A DNA stretch of 64,000 nt, taken from the NCBI GenBank assembly GCA_963787125.1, contig CAWBBV010000011.1, positions 128,001-192,000 on the forward strand, written 5' to 3'. This DNA is from an uncultured delta proteobacterium (GTDB lineage Bacteria; Desulfobacterota; Desulfuromonadia; Geobacterales; DSM-12255). How positions within the stretch are numbered: the stretch's first letter is position 1; every line of letters begins with the position of its first letter. The translations under genes and the position numbers were made by a program. The notes under the pieces are model-generated. The model did no database searches. It was not told where the DNA came from and saw only the letters and a program-made list of their open reading frames with translations. This document shows, one piece after another, positions 51,708 to 61,456 of the stretch.

Positions 51708-51881
51708 ATGGATTTATCAGCAGTGGGAGAAGTCAAAGAGGTTTTCACTCTGGTCGATTACTACACATACATTAAAAGCATGGAATACCTCATCTGTGTG
51801 GCTTTTTTTGTCGGGTTCCCCATTTTTTATCGCTACATCAACAAAGAGGAAAAAAACAGTTCCTCCGATACCGATAACTAG
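51708..51881 (+). CDS. 57-aa single-TM protein, HmcD-like (absent from the ORF track)
   Basis: GGAGG RBS; MDLSAVGEVKEVFTLVDYYTYIKSMEYLICVAFFVGFPIFYRYINKEEKNSSSDTDN. Confidence 0.7.
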   Translation: MDLSAVGEVKEVFTLVDYYTYIKSMEYLICVAFFVGFPIFYRYINKEEKNSSSDTDN

Positions 51882-51886
51882 ACAAT

Positions 51887-52006
51887 GCTTTCTGGTGCAA
51901 TCGCTTTCTGGTGCAATCGCTTTCTGGTGCAATCGCTTTCTGGTGCAATCGCTTTCTGGTGCAATCGCTTTCTGGTGCAATCGCTTTCTGGTGCAATCGC
52001 TTTCTG
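51887..52006. repeat. Tandem repeat, 7.5 x GCTTTCTGGTGCAATC (16 bp)
   Basis: Perfect copies with no spacers. Confidence 0.97.
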
Positions 52007-52083
52007 CTGAATTAGCCGCAGGCTGAGATGCCTGGAGTCTGCGGCTGAGTAGAATTAACTAATCATGTAAAGGAGGATTCAAT

Positions 52084-52608
52084 ATGCAGGCGAATGGGTT
52101 CTGGCTCGCTGGTGCGACAGTTTTTTTGCTGCTGACTACTATACCTGATATTGGTCGTGGCATAACCGTTCCTGACACGGTTACCTTGAACACTCAAAGT
52201 AAACTGTATAAGCCGTTCGATTTCAGTCATGCCAAACATATCAAATTTACTAATGAATGTTCCTACTGCCATCATCATACCACCGGCACGCTGGTGCAGG
52301 ATGCCAACTGCATCAGGTGTCATCGTAACAGCAGTGAGACGAAAACGGTTTCTTGCAAGGGATGCCATCTGACGGATCCTTTTTCAGCTGCCGCGATTAA
52401 AGAAAAGGATCCGAAAAACTACCATCACGACAAGCCGAGCCTCAAGGCTGCAATGCACAGGACATGCATAGACTGCCATGAAAAGATTTCGGGACCGACC
52501 GGTTGTCAGGATTGCCACCAACGGACAAAAGCAGGGGACGCCTTCTATAACTCGGGTGAATTTACGCCCAGGGACAAGACCGCCAAAGGCGGTCATGGCG
52601 GTCACTGA
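52084..52608 (+). CDS. Class III (c3-like) pentaheme cytochrome c
   Basis: Signal peptide; FSHAKH; CSYCH, CIRCH, CKGCH, CIDCH, CQDCH. Confidence 0.92.
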   Translation: MQANGFWLAGATVFLLLTTIPDIGRGITVPDTVTLNTQSKLYKPFDFSHAKHIKFTNECSYCHHHTTGTLVQDANCIRCHRNSSETKTVSCKGCHLTDPFSAAAIKEKDPKNYHHDKPSLKAAMHRTCIDCHEKISGPTGCQDCHQRTKAGDAFYNSGEFTPRDKTAKGGHGGH

Positions 52609-52655
52609 CAAACAGCTGATTTGGTAAAACGTCATTCTATCCGAAGGAGAAAACC

Positions 52656-53573
52656 ATGAAACGTAGAGACTTCCTTAAAGGCTGCCTGCTTGGTGGAGCT
52701 GCTGCTTCACTTGGAGTACCGGCCAAGAGTTGGGCTGTAGGTTCCTTCGATGGATACCCTGACGCAATGGGGGTCCTGGTAGACACGACCCGCTGCATCG
52801 GTTGCCGGAGCTGCGAAGCAGCATGCAACAAGGAGCAGCAGCTCCCTGAACCTGACGTTCCGTTCGATGACACCTCGGTTTTTGAAGAAAAGCGCCGAAC
52901 CTCTGAAAAGGCGTACACCGTTGTTAACCGCTATGATGCAAGTGACGGGCAAAAACCGCCCTTTCGTAAAATGCAGTGCAACCATTGCAACGAGCCTGCC
53001 TGCTTAACCTCGTGCTTCGTCAATGCCTACACAAAGACCAAAGAAGGCGCAGTGATCTACAACGGTAAGGTCTGTGTGGGATGCCGCACCTGCATGGTCG
53101 CATGTCCCTTCAACATACCGGCCTACAGTTATTCCAGCTCCTTTAATCCGGTCATTAAAAAGTGCGTTTTGTGCTATCACACTCGTTTGAAATTCGGCAA
53201 ACCGCCGGCATGTGTTGAGATCTGTCCACGGGAAGCGCTTACCTTCGGCCTGCGTAAAGATCTGATCAAGTTGGGTCATGAACGGATCAGAGCAACTCCG
53301 GATAAATATTTCGATCATATCTATGGCGAAAAAGAGTTGGGCGGGACCAGTTGGCTCTACCTCTCCAGGGTTCCGCCAGAACTTATCGGCCTGGATGAAA
53401 CTGTCGGTAATGAGCCGATTATCTCCAACGTCAAGGAGTTTCTCGGCATGGTGCCGATGGTGCTGACCATCTGGCCGGCTCTGTTTACCGGAATTCACCT
53501 TCTCGCTACCAAAAACAAAGACCACGGTGATGCTCACCATAACCATTCTGAGCAGGAGGATGGCAAAAAATGA
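52656..53573 (+). CDS. Tat-exported 4x[4Fe-4S] protein (HmcB/HybA-like)
   Basis: MKRRDFLK, four Cys clusters, HIYGEKELGGT, C-terminal TM. Confidence 0.92.
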   Translation: MKRRDFLKGCLLGGAAASLGVPAKSWAVGSFDGYPDAMGVLVDTTRCIGCRSCEAACNKEQQLPEPDVPFDDTSVFEEKRRTSEKAYTVVNRYDASDGQKPPFRKMQCNHCNEPACLTSCFVNAYTKTKEGAVIYNGKVCVGCRTCMVACPFNIPAYSYSSSFNPVIKKCVLCYHTRLKFGKPPACVEICPREALTFGLRKDLIKLGHERIRATPDKYFDHIYGEKELGGTSWLYLSRVPPELIGLDETVGNEPIISNVKEFLGMVPMVLTIWPALFTGIHLLATKNKDHGDAHHNHSEQEDGKK

Positions 53574-54979
53574 AAAAACTAATCGCCAGCGGTGTAGTAA
53601 CCGTAGATTCTCTTGAAAAGTCAGCCGGACGTAACTGGACTATTATGGAGAAGCTTTTTCTCGGACTGACCCTCCCCCAATACATCGGGCAGGCCCTTCG
53701 TAATCCTCTCAACTGGTTTTTTGCGCTTATTTTAGCTGTCGGCATCCCGATCATTCTTGGCCGTTTCACTTTCGGCCTCTCCTGGGTCACCCATAGCTCC
53801 AATGACTACCCATGGGGGCTGTTTCTTGGATTCGGCCTCTTCGGCATGGTTCCGCTCTCTTCGTCCGGCTTTCTGCTTGGGACAGCGTGCGAGGTTTTCG
53901 GCCGGCATGATCTGGAACCGATGGAACGCCTTGGGCTATTAAACGGTCTTTTAGGCTATTTTTTCGCCGTCGTGTTTTTGCTGATTGACCTGGGACAACC
54001 GTGGCGTTTACCGTATCCGATGGTGGTAGCATTTGGGCCGGCATCAGTACTTTTTCTGGTGGCCTGGCACGTATCCACCTACCTGTCAGTGCAGATAGCC
54101 GAAGTTTCCAAAAGCTTTTTTGAATGGATAGGTTTTCCCATCGGCATTCGTGCTATCAGGAAAATCACCCTGGGGCTCACCGTATCCGGCATCATCCTCT
54201 CCACCCTTCACCAGGGAGCCCTCGGAGCACTCTTCACCTACGCCCCCGGCAAGGTCCACCCTCTCTGGTACTCATCATCATTCCAATGGATACACTTTTT
54301 TGTCTCCTCCATCCCCGGCGGACTCTGCATGGTAATCACCGTCAGCACCATTGCCTGCAAAACCATGTCCTGGCGCTTTGACCAACGCTTCAAAGAGAGC
54401 CTGGACCGGATAACCATCTCGCTGGCAAAAGGCGCCAGCATGGGTTTGGCAACCTACCTCACTATTAAACTGCTGAGTATTGCCCATGACAATAAATGGG
54501 GCTACTTAACAACTGGTTGGGGGCAATGGTATCTGGTTGAAATCATGATTGCGGTAATAATTCCAATGGCATTATTCGCCTTTGCCATCCGCCATAAAAA
54601 AATGGCAGTCATACGCTTCAGCGCTTTCCTTGTCGTCATTGGAATATTTCTGAACCGGCTTAATACCTCAATGTTTACCTTCAACTGGAAACTGCCGTAC
54701 AGAGAGATTCCCCACTGGCGTGAAGTTGTCATCTGCCTGACTGTCTACTCCATCTATATAATGGTCTATCGCTTCATTCTCTACAGACTGCCGATATTTT
54801 ATCAGTGGAAAAGCCAGGAGGAGTTTGCCCCGGCATACGCCACTGAAACTGCAGCGGCTTTGCCTGTTCCTGCCCTTGCGCCGGCATATGTTCCAAAAAC
54901 TGAAGCGGCTACGCCTGAGCTTGTGCCGGCATACGCATCTCAAACTGAATCAATGGCTCTAGGCAATAGTGATGCGTAA
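53570..54979 (+). CDS. NrfD/PsrC-family membrane subunit (HmcC/HybB-like)
   Basis: YPWG, DLGQPWRL, LSTLHQGALG, HPLWY, about 10 TM segments. Confidence 0.9.
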   Translation: MKKLIASGVVTVDSLEKSAGRNWTIMEKLFLGLTLPQYIGQALRNPLNWFFALILAVGIPIILGRFTFGLSWVTHSSNDYPWGLFLGFGLFGMVPLSSSGFLLGTACEVFGRHDLEPMERLGLLNGLLGYFFAVVFLLIDLGQPWRLPYPMVVAFGPASVLFLVAWHVSTYLSVQIAEVSKSFFEWIGFPIGIRAIRKITLGLTVSGIILSTLHQGALGALFTYAPGKVHPLWYSSSFQWIHFFVSSIPGGLCMVITVSTIACKTMSWRFDQRFKESLDRITISLAKGASMGLATYLTIKLLSIAHDNKWGYLTTGWGQWYLVEIMIAVIIPMALFAFAIRHKKMAVIRFSAFLVVIGIFLNRLNTSMFTFNWKLPYREIPHWREVVICLTVYSIYIMVYRFILYRLPIFYQWKSQEEFAPAYATETAAALPVPALAPAYVPKTEAATPELVPAYASQTESMALGNSDA

Positions 54980-55077
54980 CATCTTGATATGCAGGCAGTG
55001 TTGTTTTTGCTATGGGGGTCCACCCTCCTTGCTGTCATGAATTCTCAGAACTCAAGAGCTGCTGACAGGAGACAACC

Positions 55078-55839
55078 ATGAAACTAATCTGGATAACGTT
55101 CACCGCTGTCATCTTTTATTCAATCCCCGCTGCAGCGCTGGAGATAAAGGACAAAACTTTTATTACTGAAAATGCCGGCAAGGTTGTATTCAGTCACGCC
55201 TCGCATCTTAAGAAAAAAACCGCCAAGTCCCCGAACATAAGCTGCAAGGCCTGTCATAACAGTGTTATGGAAAAGGGGAGCCATTACACAATGGCCGAGA
55301 TGGAACAGGGGAAATCATGCGGCCAATGCCACAACGGCAAAGCGGCTTTTCCACTGGCTAAATGCACGGTCTGTCACAAAGTTAAAGACATCACCTTTAA
55401 GGTAAAGGCAACCGGTCCTGTACAGTTTAAACATTCTGTCCATCTGCAGAAAAACTGTAGCTGCAGCGACTGCCACAACACCCTTTATAAGACGGCTGCC
55501 AACCCTCCGGTAGGCATGGCCGCCATGGAAAAAGGAAAATCATGCGGCGCCTGCCACAACGGAGATAAGGCTTTCGCATTAGCTGAATGTTCCAAGTGCC
55601 ACCCGAACGGGGAAATTACCTTTATCGGCAAGAATTCCGGCAACATCAGCTTCAGCCATAAAAACCACACCGCTCTTTACAAGTGTGGAGAGTGTCACCC
55701 GCTGATTTACAAAACTTCCCGGAGTAAGACCAGGGTCAGCATGAAGGCGATGGAAGCGGGGAAATCATGCGGTAGCTGTCATGATGGAAAAAACGCTTTC
55801 AGCGTTAAAGCGAACTGTGCGTCATGCCATAAATTATAA
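55078..55839 (+). CDS. Nonaheme cytochrome c built from three c7 domains
   Basis: Nine CxxCH motifs; three F(S/K)HxxH ... MExGKSCGxCH units. Confidence 0.93.
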   Translation: MKLIWITFTAVIFYSIPAAALEIKDKTFITENAGKVVFSHASHLKKKTAKSPNISCKACHNSVMEKGSHYTMAEMEQGKSCGQCHNGKAAFPLAKCTVCHKVKDITFKVKATGPVQFKHSVHLQKNCSCSDCHNTLYKTAANPPVGMAAMEKGKSCGACHNGDKAFALAECSKCHPNGEITFIGKNSGNISFSHKNHTALYKCGECHPLIYKTSRSKTRVSMKAMEAGKSCGSCHDGKNAFSVKANCASCHKL

Positions 55840-55888
55840 GTTTTAGGCCGGTTGATTTGCGTTGCCGGCAGGAACGGTGGAGGATGAT

Positions 55889-56698
55889 ATGTTTACCACA
55901 CTCGCAGGAAAAGCCCTTGTACCGGTAGGCCTTGCCGTTTCGGGATTCATGGTTGTCTGTTGCCTTATCCTTTACTCTGTTATCCGGGAGGACCTCCATC
56001 GTGACGAGATAGTTCATGCCACCAATCTTGCCGGCACCATTCTCAAATCAACCCGCTATGCAATGCACAAATCCGATCGTGAAATGCTGTCAACAATTAT
56101 TCGCAACGTGGGGGAACAGAAAGGCGTCGATCATGTCAGAATATTCAACAAAAAGGGGGTGGTGACTTTTTCAGCCAAACCGGGTGAGATAAACCGTCAG
56201 GTGGATAAGAACGCTGAAGGCTGCATCGTCTGTCACAAAGGAGCCGTTCCTGTCACCAATCTGGGAACGATGCAGCAGGTCCGTACTTTTAAAAATCCGG
56301 AGGGTATGGATGTCATGGCAATTACCGCACCGATTTACAATGGACCGGACTGTTCAACTGCTACATGTCATATCCATCCCCCCGGCCAGAAAATTCTGGG
56401 CACCCTTGATATCGGACTGTCAAGGGAGGAACTTGAAAGATCGCTCACAATGCTTAGCATCCAGATGATCGTCTTTTCATTGATGTGCCTCATCCTTACC
56501 ATCGGCGGAGTGACCGCCTTGTTGATGAGAAATGTCTTTATCCCTATCCAGAGGTTAAGCAGCTACATTGAATCAACAACAATCAAGGCCGATATTCCGG
56601 CTCCCCCGCCTCACCTGCCTCATGATCTTGATATTATAGCCGCTAATTATTACAAATTAACAGTTAGCATGAGCGGCAAAAAAGAAAATTCTGAATAA
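55889..56698 (+). CDS. Heme-motif periplasmic sensor protein with no kinase domain
   Basis: TM-periplasmic domain (CIVCH, CSTATCH)-TM-short tail. Confidence 0.8.
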   Translation: MFTTLAGKALVPVGLAVSGFMVVCCLILYSVIREDLHRDEIVHATNLAGTILKSTRYAMHKSDREMLSTIIRNVGEQKGVDHVRIFNKKGVVTFSAKPGEINRQVDKNAEGCIVCHKGAVPVTNLGTMQQVRTFKNPEGMDVMAITAPIYNGPDCSTATCHIHPPGQKILGTLDIGLSREELERSLTMLSIQMIVFSLMCLILTIGGVTALLMRNVFIPIQRLSSYIESTTIKADIPAPPPHLPHDLDIIAANYYKLTVSMSGKKENSE

Positions 56699-56727
56699 TC
56701 AGTTGCAGACTTTTATAAAAGAAATTA

Positions 56728-56778
56728 GTTTGGTAACTTAGAATCTGTTTTCTGCCATTTCTGGCACAAAACAAATTC
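56728..56778. repeat. Divergent inverted third copy of the palindromic element
   Basis: gaatctgttttctgc-N8-gcacaaaacaaattc with a flanking TAAGTTACCAAA on the minus strand. Confidence 0.5.
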
Positions 56779-56825
56779 AAGCTTTATTGTGCTTGTTATC
56801 TTGACGAAAGGGTATCGGGGATTGC

Positions 56826-57365
56826 ATGATTGACATGCGAGGGGATCAACTGTCAACTGTTGTGAATGAAATCAAGGATAGTGCAGACTTACTTCGACAA
56901 GAATTAATAAAGGATATGGACCGCTTAAACCGCTTTTCCACCCGCGGACTTCTGGCACTTTCGCTGTTTATTGCCGTCAGCATTTTTGCCTGGTGGGGGT
57001 TTTCCTTTCTGCCGTCTCCTGACAGGGTCACCGCTATTTTAGGCAAACCGCCTTCGGCTCAGATTGTCAGCATCGCGCTCATAGTTTATACTTTTTCTGC
57101 AATAATTTTAAGTCTTGCTCGCATGTCCACAGGTATTGAGCATCGCAGCAGCTTCAGCCATGTCGGCTATCTGACAGCTTTTTTTCTCTTTTATTATTTT
57201 GGCAAAGCCCTTGAAGAAAATTACTGGGCGGTCTTCGGTTCTGGCATGACAATCCTGGGAGTTGAAAGCTATCGGATCTGGACCTATTGCGCTGAAAATA
57301 TTTCCAAAATCAAAGAAGACATCGAATTTGTGACCCGAACCGGCAGACCTCCACCCAAGGATTAA
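56826..57365 (+). CDS. Hypothetical 4-TM membrane protein
   Basis: Four hydrophobic segments. Confidence 0.7.
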   Translation: MIDMRGDQLSTVVNEIKDSADLLRQELIKDMDRLNRFSTRGLLALSLFIAVSIFAWWGFSFLPSPDRVTAILGKPPSAQIVSIALIVYTFSAIILSLARMSTGIEHRSSFSHVGYLTAFFLFYYFGKALEENYWAVFGSGMTILGVESYRIWTYCAENISKIKEDIEFVTRTGRPPPKD

Positions 57366-57374
57366 AGCAGTTGT

Positions 57375-58670
57375 TCAATCACCCTTCAACCTGGCACTCA
57401 CCGACTTGCCATGAGCTTCGAGCCCTTCAAGAGCGGCAATCCGGACAATATCATCTCCCAACCTGTTCAATCCAGCGCGACTGAAGTAGACGATTGATGA
57501 TTTTTTCACGAAATCATCAACGGAAAGCGGCGAGAAGAATCTGGCTGTGCCGCCGGTAGGCAGAGTGTGGTTTGGCCCGGCCAGATAATCGCCGGCAGCC
57601 TCGGGGGTGTAGTGACCCATGAAAATGGCGCCGGCATTTTTAATCTGCGGCAAAATCGCAAACGGATCGCTGACCGCCAGTTCCAGATGCTCCGGGGCAA
57701 TCCTGTTGGAGAAAGCTATCGCCTCGGAAAGATCACCGGCAATAATAACAGCGCCGTAACTTTCCCACGACTTTCTGGCGATACTCTCACGGGAGAGTTC
57801 TTTCAGCTGCCTTTCGACCTCCAGAGTAACCGCCTTGCCAAACTCCTCATCAGTCGTTATCAGGATTGATGAAGCGAGTTCATCATGCTCAGCCTGAGAC
57901 AGAAGATCCGCCGCGATATGAGCAGGCGTGCCGCTGCCGTCATTAATAACCAGTATCTCGGATGGCCCCGCAATCATGTCGATTCCGACCTGTCCGAAGA
58001 CCAGTTTCTTCGCCGTGGCAACATAGATGTTACCCGGTCCGGTGATCTTATCGACTTTTGGTATAGTTGCAGTGCCGTAGGCAAGCGCGGCAACAGCCTG
58101 AGCTCCGCCAATCCTGAAAATCCTGTCAACCCCGGAAAGACGGGCCGCCGCCAGAACATGCGGATTTATCTCCCCATCCGGAGTAGGTACAACCATGATC
58201 ACTTCAGGCACTCCCGCCACTTTGGCAGGGACGGCATTCATGATGACGCTCGACGGATAGCTCGCCTTGCCGCCGGGGACATAAATACCCACCCGCTGCA
58301 GCGGCGTCACCATCTGGCCGAGCATGATGTCGGGCTCCTCAGTGGAGAGCCAGGTCTGCTGTTTTTGTTTCTCGTGAAACCGTGCCACCCGTTCGACCGC
58401 AAGTTTTAGTGCGGCCAGATCTTCTAAAGCACAGCGGGCAATGGCTTCGTCTATTTCAGCAGCTGTTACTTCAAGTTCGGCGACCGAAAAGACATTCAAC
58501 CGGTCAAAACGACTCGTATACTCCAGGACGGCCGCATCACCGCGCTCTCTGACAGCGGCGATTATCGCCAGAACGACCTGCTCGACCTCCCGGCCAGACT
58601 CTTCACCGCGAGCAAGAATCGTAGCGAATTCTCTGTCAAAATCTTTGTCTTTTATGGAAAGAAATTTCAT
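57375..58670 (-). CDS. hisD: Histidinol dehydrogenase
   Basis: YVPGG, GGAQA, DMIAGPSE, QAEHD, PEHLE. Confidence 0.98.
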   Translation of the reverse strand: MKFLSIKDKDFDREFATILARGEESGREVEQVVLAIIAAVRERGDAAVLEYTSRFDRLNVFSVAELEVTAAEIDEAIARCALEDLAALKLAVERVARFHEKQKQQTWLSTEEPDIMLGQMVTPLQRVGIYVPGGKASYPSSVIMNAVPAKVAGVPEVIMVVPTPDGEINPHVLAAARLSGVDRIFRIGGAQAVAALAYGTATIPKVDKITGPGNIYVATAKKLVFGQVGIDMIAGPSEILVINDGSGTPAHIAADLLSQAEHDELASSILITTDEEFGKAVTLEVERQLKELSRESIARKSWESYGAVIIAGDLSEAIAFSNRIAPEHLELAVSDPFAILPQIKNAGAIFMGHYTPEAAGDYLAGPNHTLPTGGTARFFSPLSVDDFVKKSSIVYFSRAGLNRLGDDIVRIAALEGLEAHGKSVSARLKGD

Positions 58671-59305
58671 AGCAGCTTCTCCAACCCTTCAATTATCCTG
58701 GTTATCCGCTCATGCTTAATCTTAAGGCTTGCCCTGTTCACCACCAGCCGGGTGGTGATTTCAGCTATTGATTCAACCTCAACCAGACCGTTCTGCCTCA
58801 GGGTCTCACCGGTTGAAACCAGGTCAACAATCCGCTCTGAAAGGCCGACAAGGGGCGCAAGCTCGATCGAGCCATAGAGTTTTATTATCTCCACCTGAAT
58901 ACCGCGGGCAGAGAAGTACTTTTCAGTGATGTTAGGATATTTGGTGGCAATTCTGATATTAGCCCATCGTGACGGATCATCCTTCGCTGCAAGTCCGACG
59001 GGCTCAGCAACCATCATGCGGCAGTAACCGAATTTGAGATCAAGCGGTTCATACAGATCTTTCCCCTGTTCCAGGAGCGTATCTTTGCCGACAATTCCCA
59101 GATCGGCAGAACCGTATTCCACATAGGTCGGCACATCAGTGGCCCGGACAATCATATAGCGCAGCTTTTGGGCACTGTTTTCGAATATCAGTTTTCTGGA
59201 GTTGCCGAGAAGCTCGTCGCAGTCAAAACCGATTTTCTTGAAGAGTTCGACCGACTCTTCGAGAATCCGCCCTTTCGGGATTGCTATAGTTATATAATCG
59301 TTCAT
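58667..59305 (-). CDS. hisG: ATP phosphoribosyltransferase (short form)
   Basis: [28 protein letters not shown]. Confidence 0.97.
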   Translation of the reverse strand: MNDYITIAIPKGRILEESVELFKKIGFDCDELLGNSRKLIFENSAQKLRYMIVRATDVPTYVEYGSADLGIVGKDTLLEQGKDLYEPLDLKFGYCRMMVAEPVGLAAKDDPSRWANIRIATKYPNITEKYFSARGIQVEIIKLYGSIELAPLVGLSERIVDLVSTGETLRQNGLVEVESIAEITTRLVVNRASLKIKHERITRIIEGLEKLL

Positions 59306-60555
59306 TCCTTCACCCGCACTATATCTGCACCGAGCCCAGCCAACTTTTTCTCAATCGCCTCATAACCGCGATCAAGATGGTATATTCTGGTTATCTCCGT
59401 TTGCCCCTCGGCTGCCAGTCCGGCCAGAATGAGAGAAGCTGAGGCGCGCAGATCAGTTGCCATTACCGGAGCGCCGGAAAGTTTTTTGATCCCTTTGACA
59501 AGCGCGCTTTTGCCGTCAATGGTTATATCCGCACCGAAACGGATCAGTTCAGAGACATGCATAAAGCGATTTTCAAAAATGTTTTCGGCAATTATGCTCG
59601 CACCGTCGGCAACACACATAAGCGCCATGAACTGGGCCTGCATATCGGTCGGGAAACCGGGATAAGGCCTGGTTTTGATGTTCATGCTCTTCAGTTTTTT
59701 AGGCCCCTTGACACAGACAACACCATCTTTGTTGAGTATCTCCACCCCGGCATCCTGAAGTTTGAATACCAGCGCATCAAGATGCTCAAGCTGCATGTTG
59801 CTGATCCTGATGGCACCGCCGGTAATAGCAGCCGCAACCATGAAAGTACCGGCCTCGATCCGGTCAGGCATAACCCGGTAATCGACAGCGGAGAGCTCCG
59901 CTACTCCGGTTATCCTGATGGTATCAGTGCCGGCCCCTTCTATCCGGGCCCCCATAAGGTTCAGCATGTTGGCAAGATCAACTATTTCCGGCTCTCTGGC
60001 CGCATTCTCAAGGATCGTCTCCCCTTTGGCAAGGGTAGCAGTCATCATAAGATGCTCTGTGCCGCCAACAGTCGGCACGTCAAAATTGATCCGTGCCCCT
60101 TTGAGCCTCTTTGCGGTCGCTTCCACATAGCCATGAGCAAGATGAATATCAGCTCCGAGCGCTTTCAACCCTTTCAAATGCTGGTCTATCGGCCTGGCGC
60201 CGATGGCGCAGCCACCCGGCAGCGAGACCCTCGCCCTGCCATGCCGTGCCAGGAGAGGACCAAGCACAAGTACGGATGCCCTCATGGTTTTGACGAGATC
60301 GTACGTTGCCTCAACGTTGTTCAGGTTGGTAGTGTCGATTCTGACAATATTACCATTCCCCTCAATCCTGGCACCGAGTGAATCAAGCACCTTGATGGTG
60401 GTATTTATATCGCGCAGAAACGGGACATTACTAATTTCAAAAGTTCCCGGAGCGAGAATGGTGGCAACAAATATCGGCAGAGCGGCGTTCTTCGAGCCGC
60501 TGATCGACACATCCCCTTTTAGCTTTTTGCCGCCGTTTATGATCAGTTTGTCCAT
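59302..60555 (-). CDS. murA: UDP-N-acetylglucosamine 1-carboxyvinyltransferase
   Basis: [28 protein letters not shown]. Confidence 0.98.
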   Translation of the reverse strand: MDKLIINGGKKLKGDVSISGSKNAALPIFVATILAPGTFEISNVPFLRDINTTIKVLDSLGARIEGNGNIVRIDTTNLNNVEATYDLVKTMRASVLVLGPLLARHGRARVSLPGGCAIGARPIDQHLKGLKALGADIHLAHGYVEATAKRLKGARINFDVPTVGGTEHLMMTATLAKGETILENAAREPEIVDLANMLNLMGARIEGAGTDTIRITGVAELSAVDYRVMPDRIEAGTFMVAAAITGGAIRISNMQLEHLDALVFKLQDAGVEILNKDGVVCVKGPKKLKSMNIKTRPYPGFPTDMQAQFMALMCVADGASIIAENIFENRFMHVSELIRFGADITIDGKSALVKGIKKLSGAPVMATDLRASASLILAGLAAEGQTEITRIYHLDRGYEAIEKKLAGLGADIVRVKE

Positions 60556-60577
60556 AATAAATCCTTGTTCCTTACTT

Positions 60578-61426
60578 TTATATACGTCCGCCGACAACTC
60601 GTTCAATGCCGGCATGATCTTTCGCGGAGAATATAGCAGAAAAACCGCTGACGGCGAACATTTCTGTCACCGCCGCAGACTGTCCGGCACCGACTTCAAG
60701 CAGCAGCCAACCGCCAGGCAGCAGATAATCCGGAGCCGCCGGTGTGATAAGGCGATAAAAATCAAGCCCGTCAATACCGCCATCAAGGGCTGCTCTCGGT
60801 TCAAAATCCCGGACTTCAGGTTGGAGGCTTTTAATATCTGCCGCAGGGATGTAGGGGGGATTACTGACGATAAGATTGAAGCGCTCACCCTTGACCGGAT
60901 CGAACAATGACCCATGCCTGAATTCTACAGAAACAGAGTTCAGCGCCGCATTCCGGTCCGCAAGTTCGATTGCCTCCCTGGAGATATCGACCGAAATCAC
61001 CGTTGCCTCAGGAAGATTTTTGGCGATAGAAATAGCGACGCAGCCGCTGCCACTACCGATATCCAACACCCTGCCTGTGTCAGGAGCAGCCTTGAGAGCT
61101 TCATTGACCAGCACTTCCGTATCGTGTCGCGGAATAAGCGCCGCGGCTGTTGTTCTGTACTCAAGCCCCATGAACTCCTGGCTCCCCAGAATATGCTGCA
61201 GCGGCTCACGCCTCGCACGACGGGATACCATGGAGCGGAACGTCGCGAGCTCTTCGTCCTGAAGAGGTTTGTCAAAGTTCAGATAGAGCCCGACACGGTC
61301 AAGGGAAAGCGCTTCGCAAAGCAGCCATTCAGCCTCAAGGCGGGCATTCTCAACACCTTTTCCGGTTAGGTAGCTTTTTGTCCAATCAATAATCTTGAGT
61401 ACGGTCCAGATTTCACGATCAGTCAT
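60578..61426 (-). CDS. prmC: Release factor glutamine methyltransferase
   Basis: [17 protein letters not shown]. Confidence 0.96.
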   Translation of the reverse strand: MTDREIWTVLKIIDWTKSYLTGKGVENARLEAEWLLCEALSLDRVGLYLNFDKPLQDEELATFRSMVSRRARREPLQHILGSQEFMGLEYRTTAAALIPRHDTEVLVNEALKAAPDTGRVLDIGSGSGCVAISIAKNLPEATVISVDISREAIELADRNAALNSVSVEFRHGSLFDPVKGERFNLIVSNPPYIPAADIKSLQPEVRDFEPRAALDGGIDGLDFYRLITPAAPDYLLPGGWLLLEVGAGQSAAVTEMFAVSGFSAIFSAKDHAGIERVVGGRI

Positions 61427-61456
61427 AATGACGCTATTCGCGGTCCCCTTCGGGCT

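Noticed and set aside
51887..52006. Possible CRISPR array
   Set aside because: 16-bp units are contiguous, with no spacers and no cas genes
51637..52026. 129-aa and 87-aa ORFs crossing the tandem repeat
   Set aside because: Open only because the repeat lacks stops; the RBS-supported frame is 51708-51881
56761..56778. Sigma-54 promoter at TGGCAC
   Set aside because: No GC at the -12 position; better explained as an arm of the palindrome
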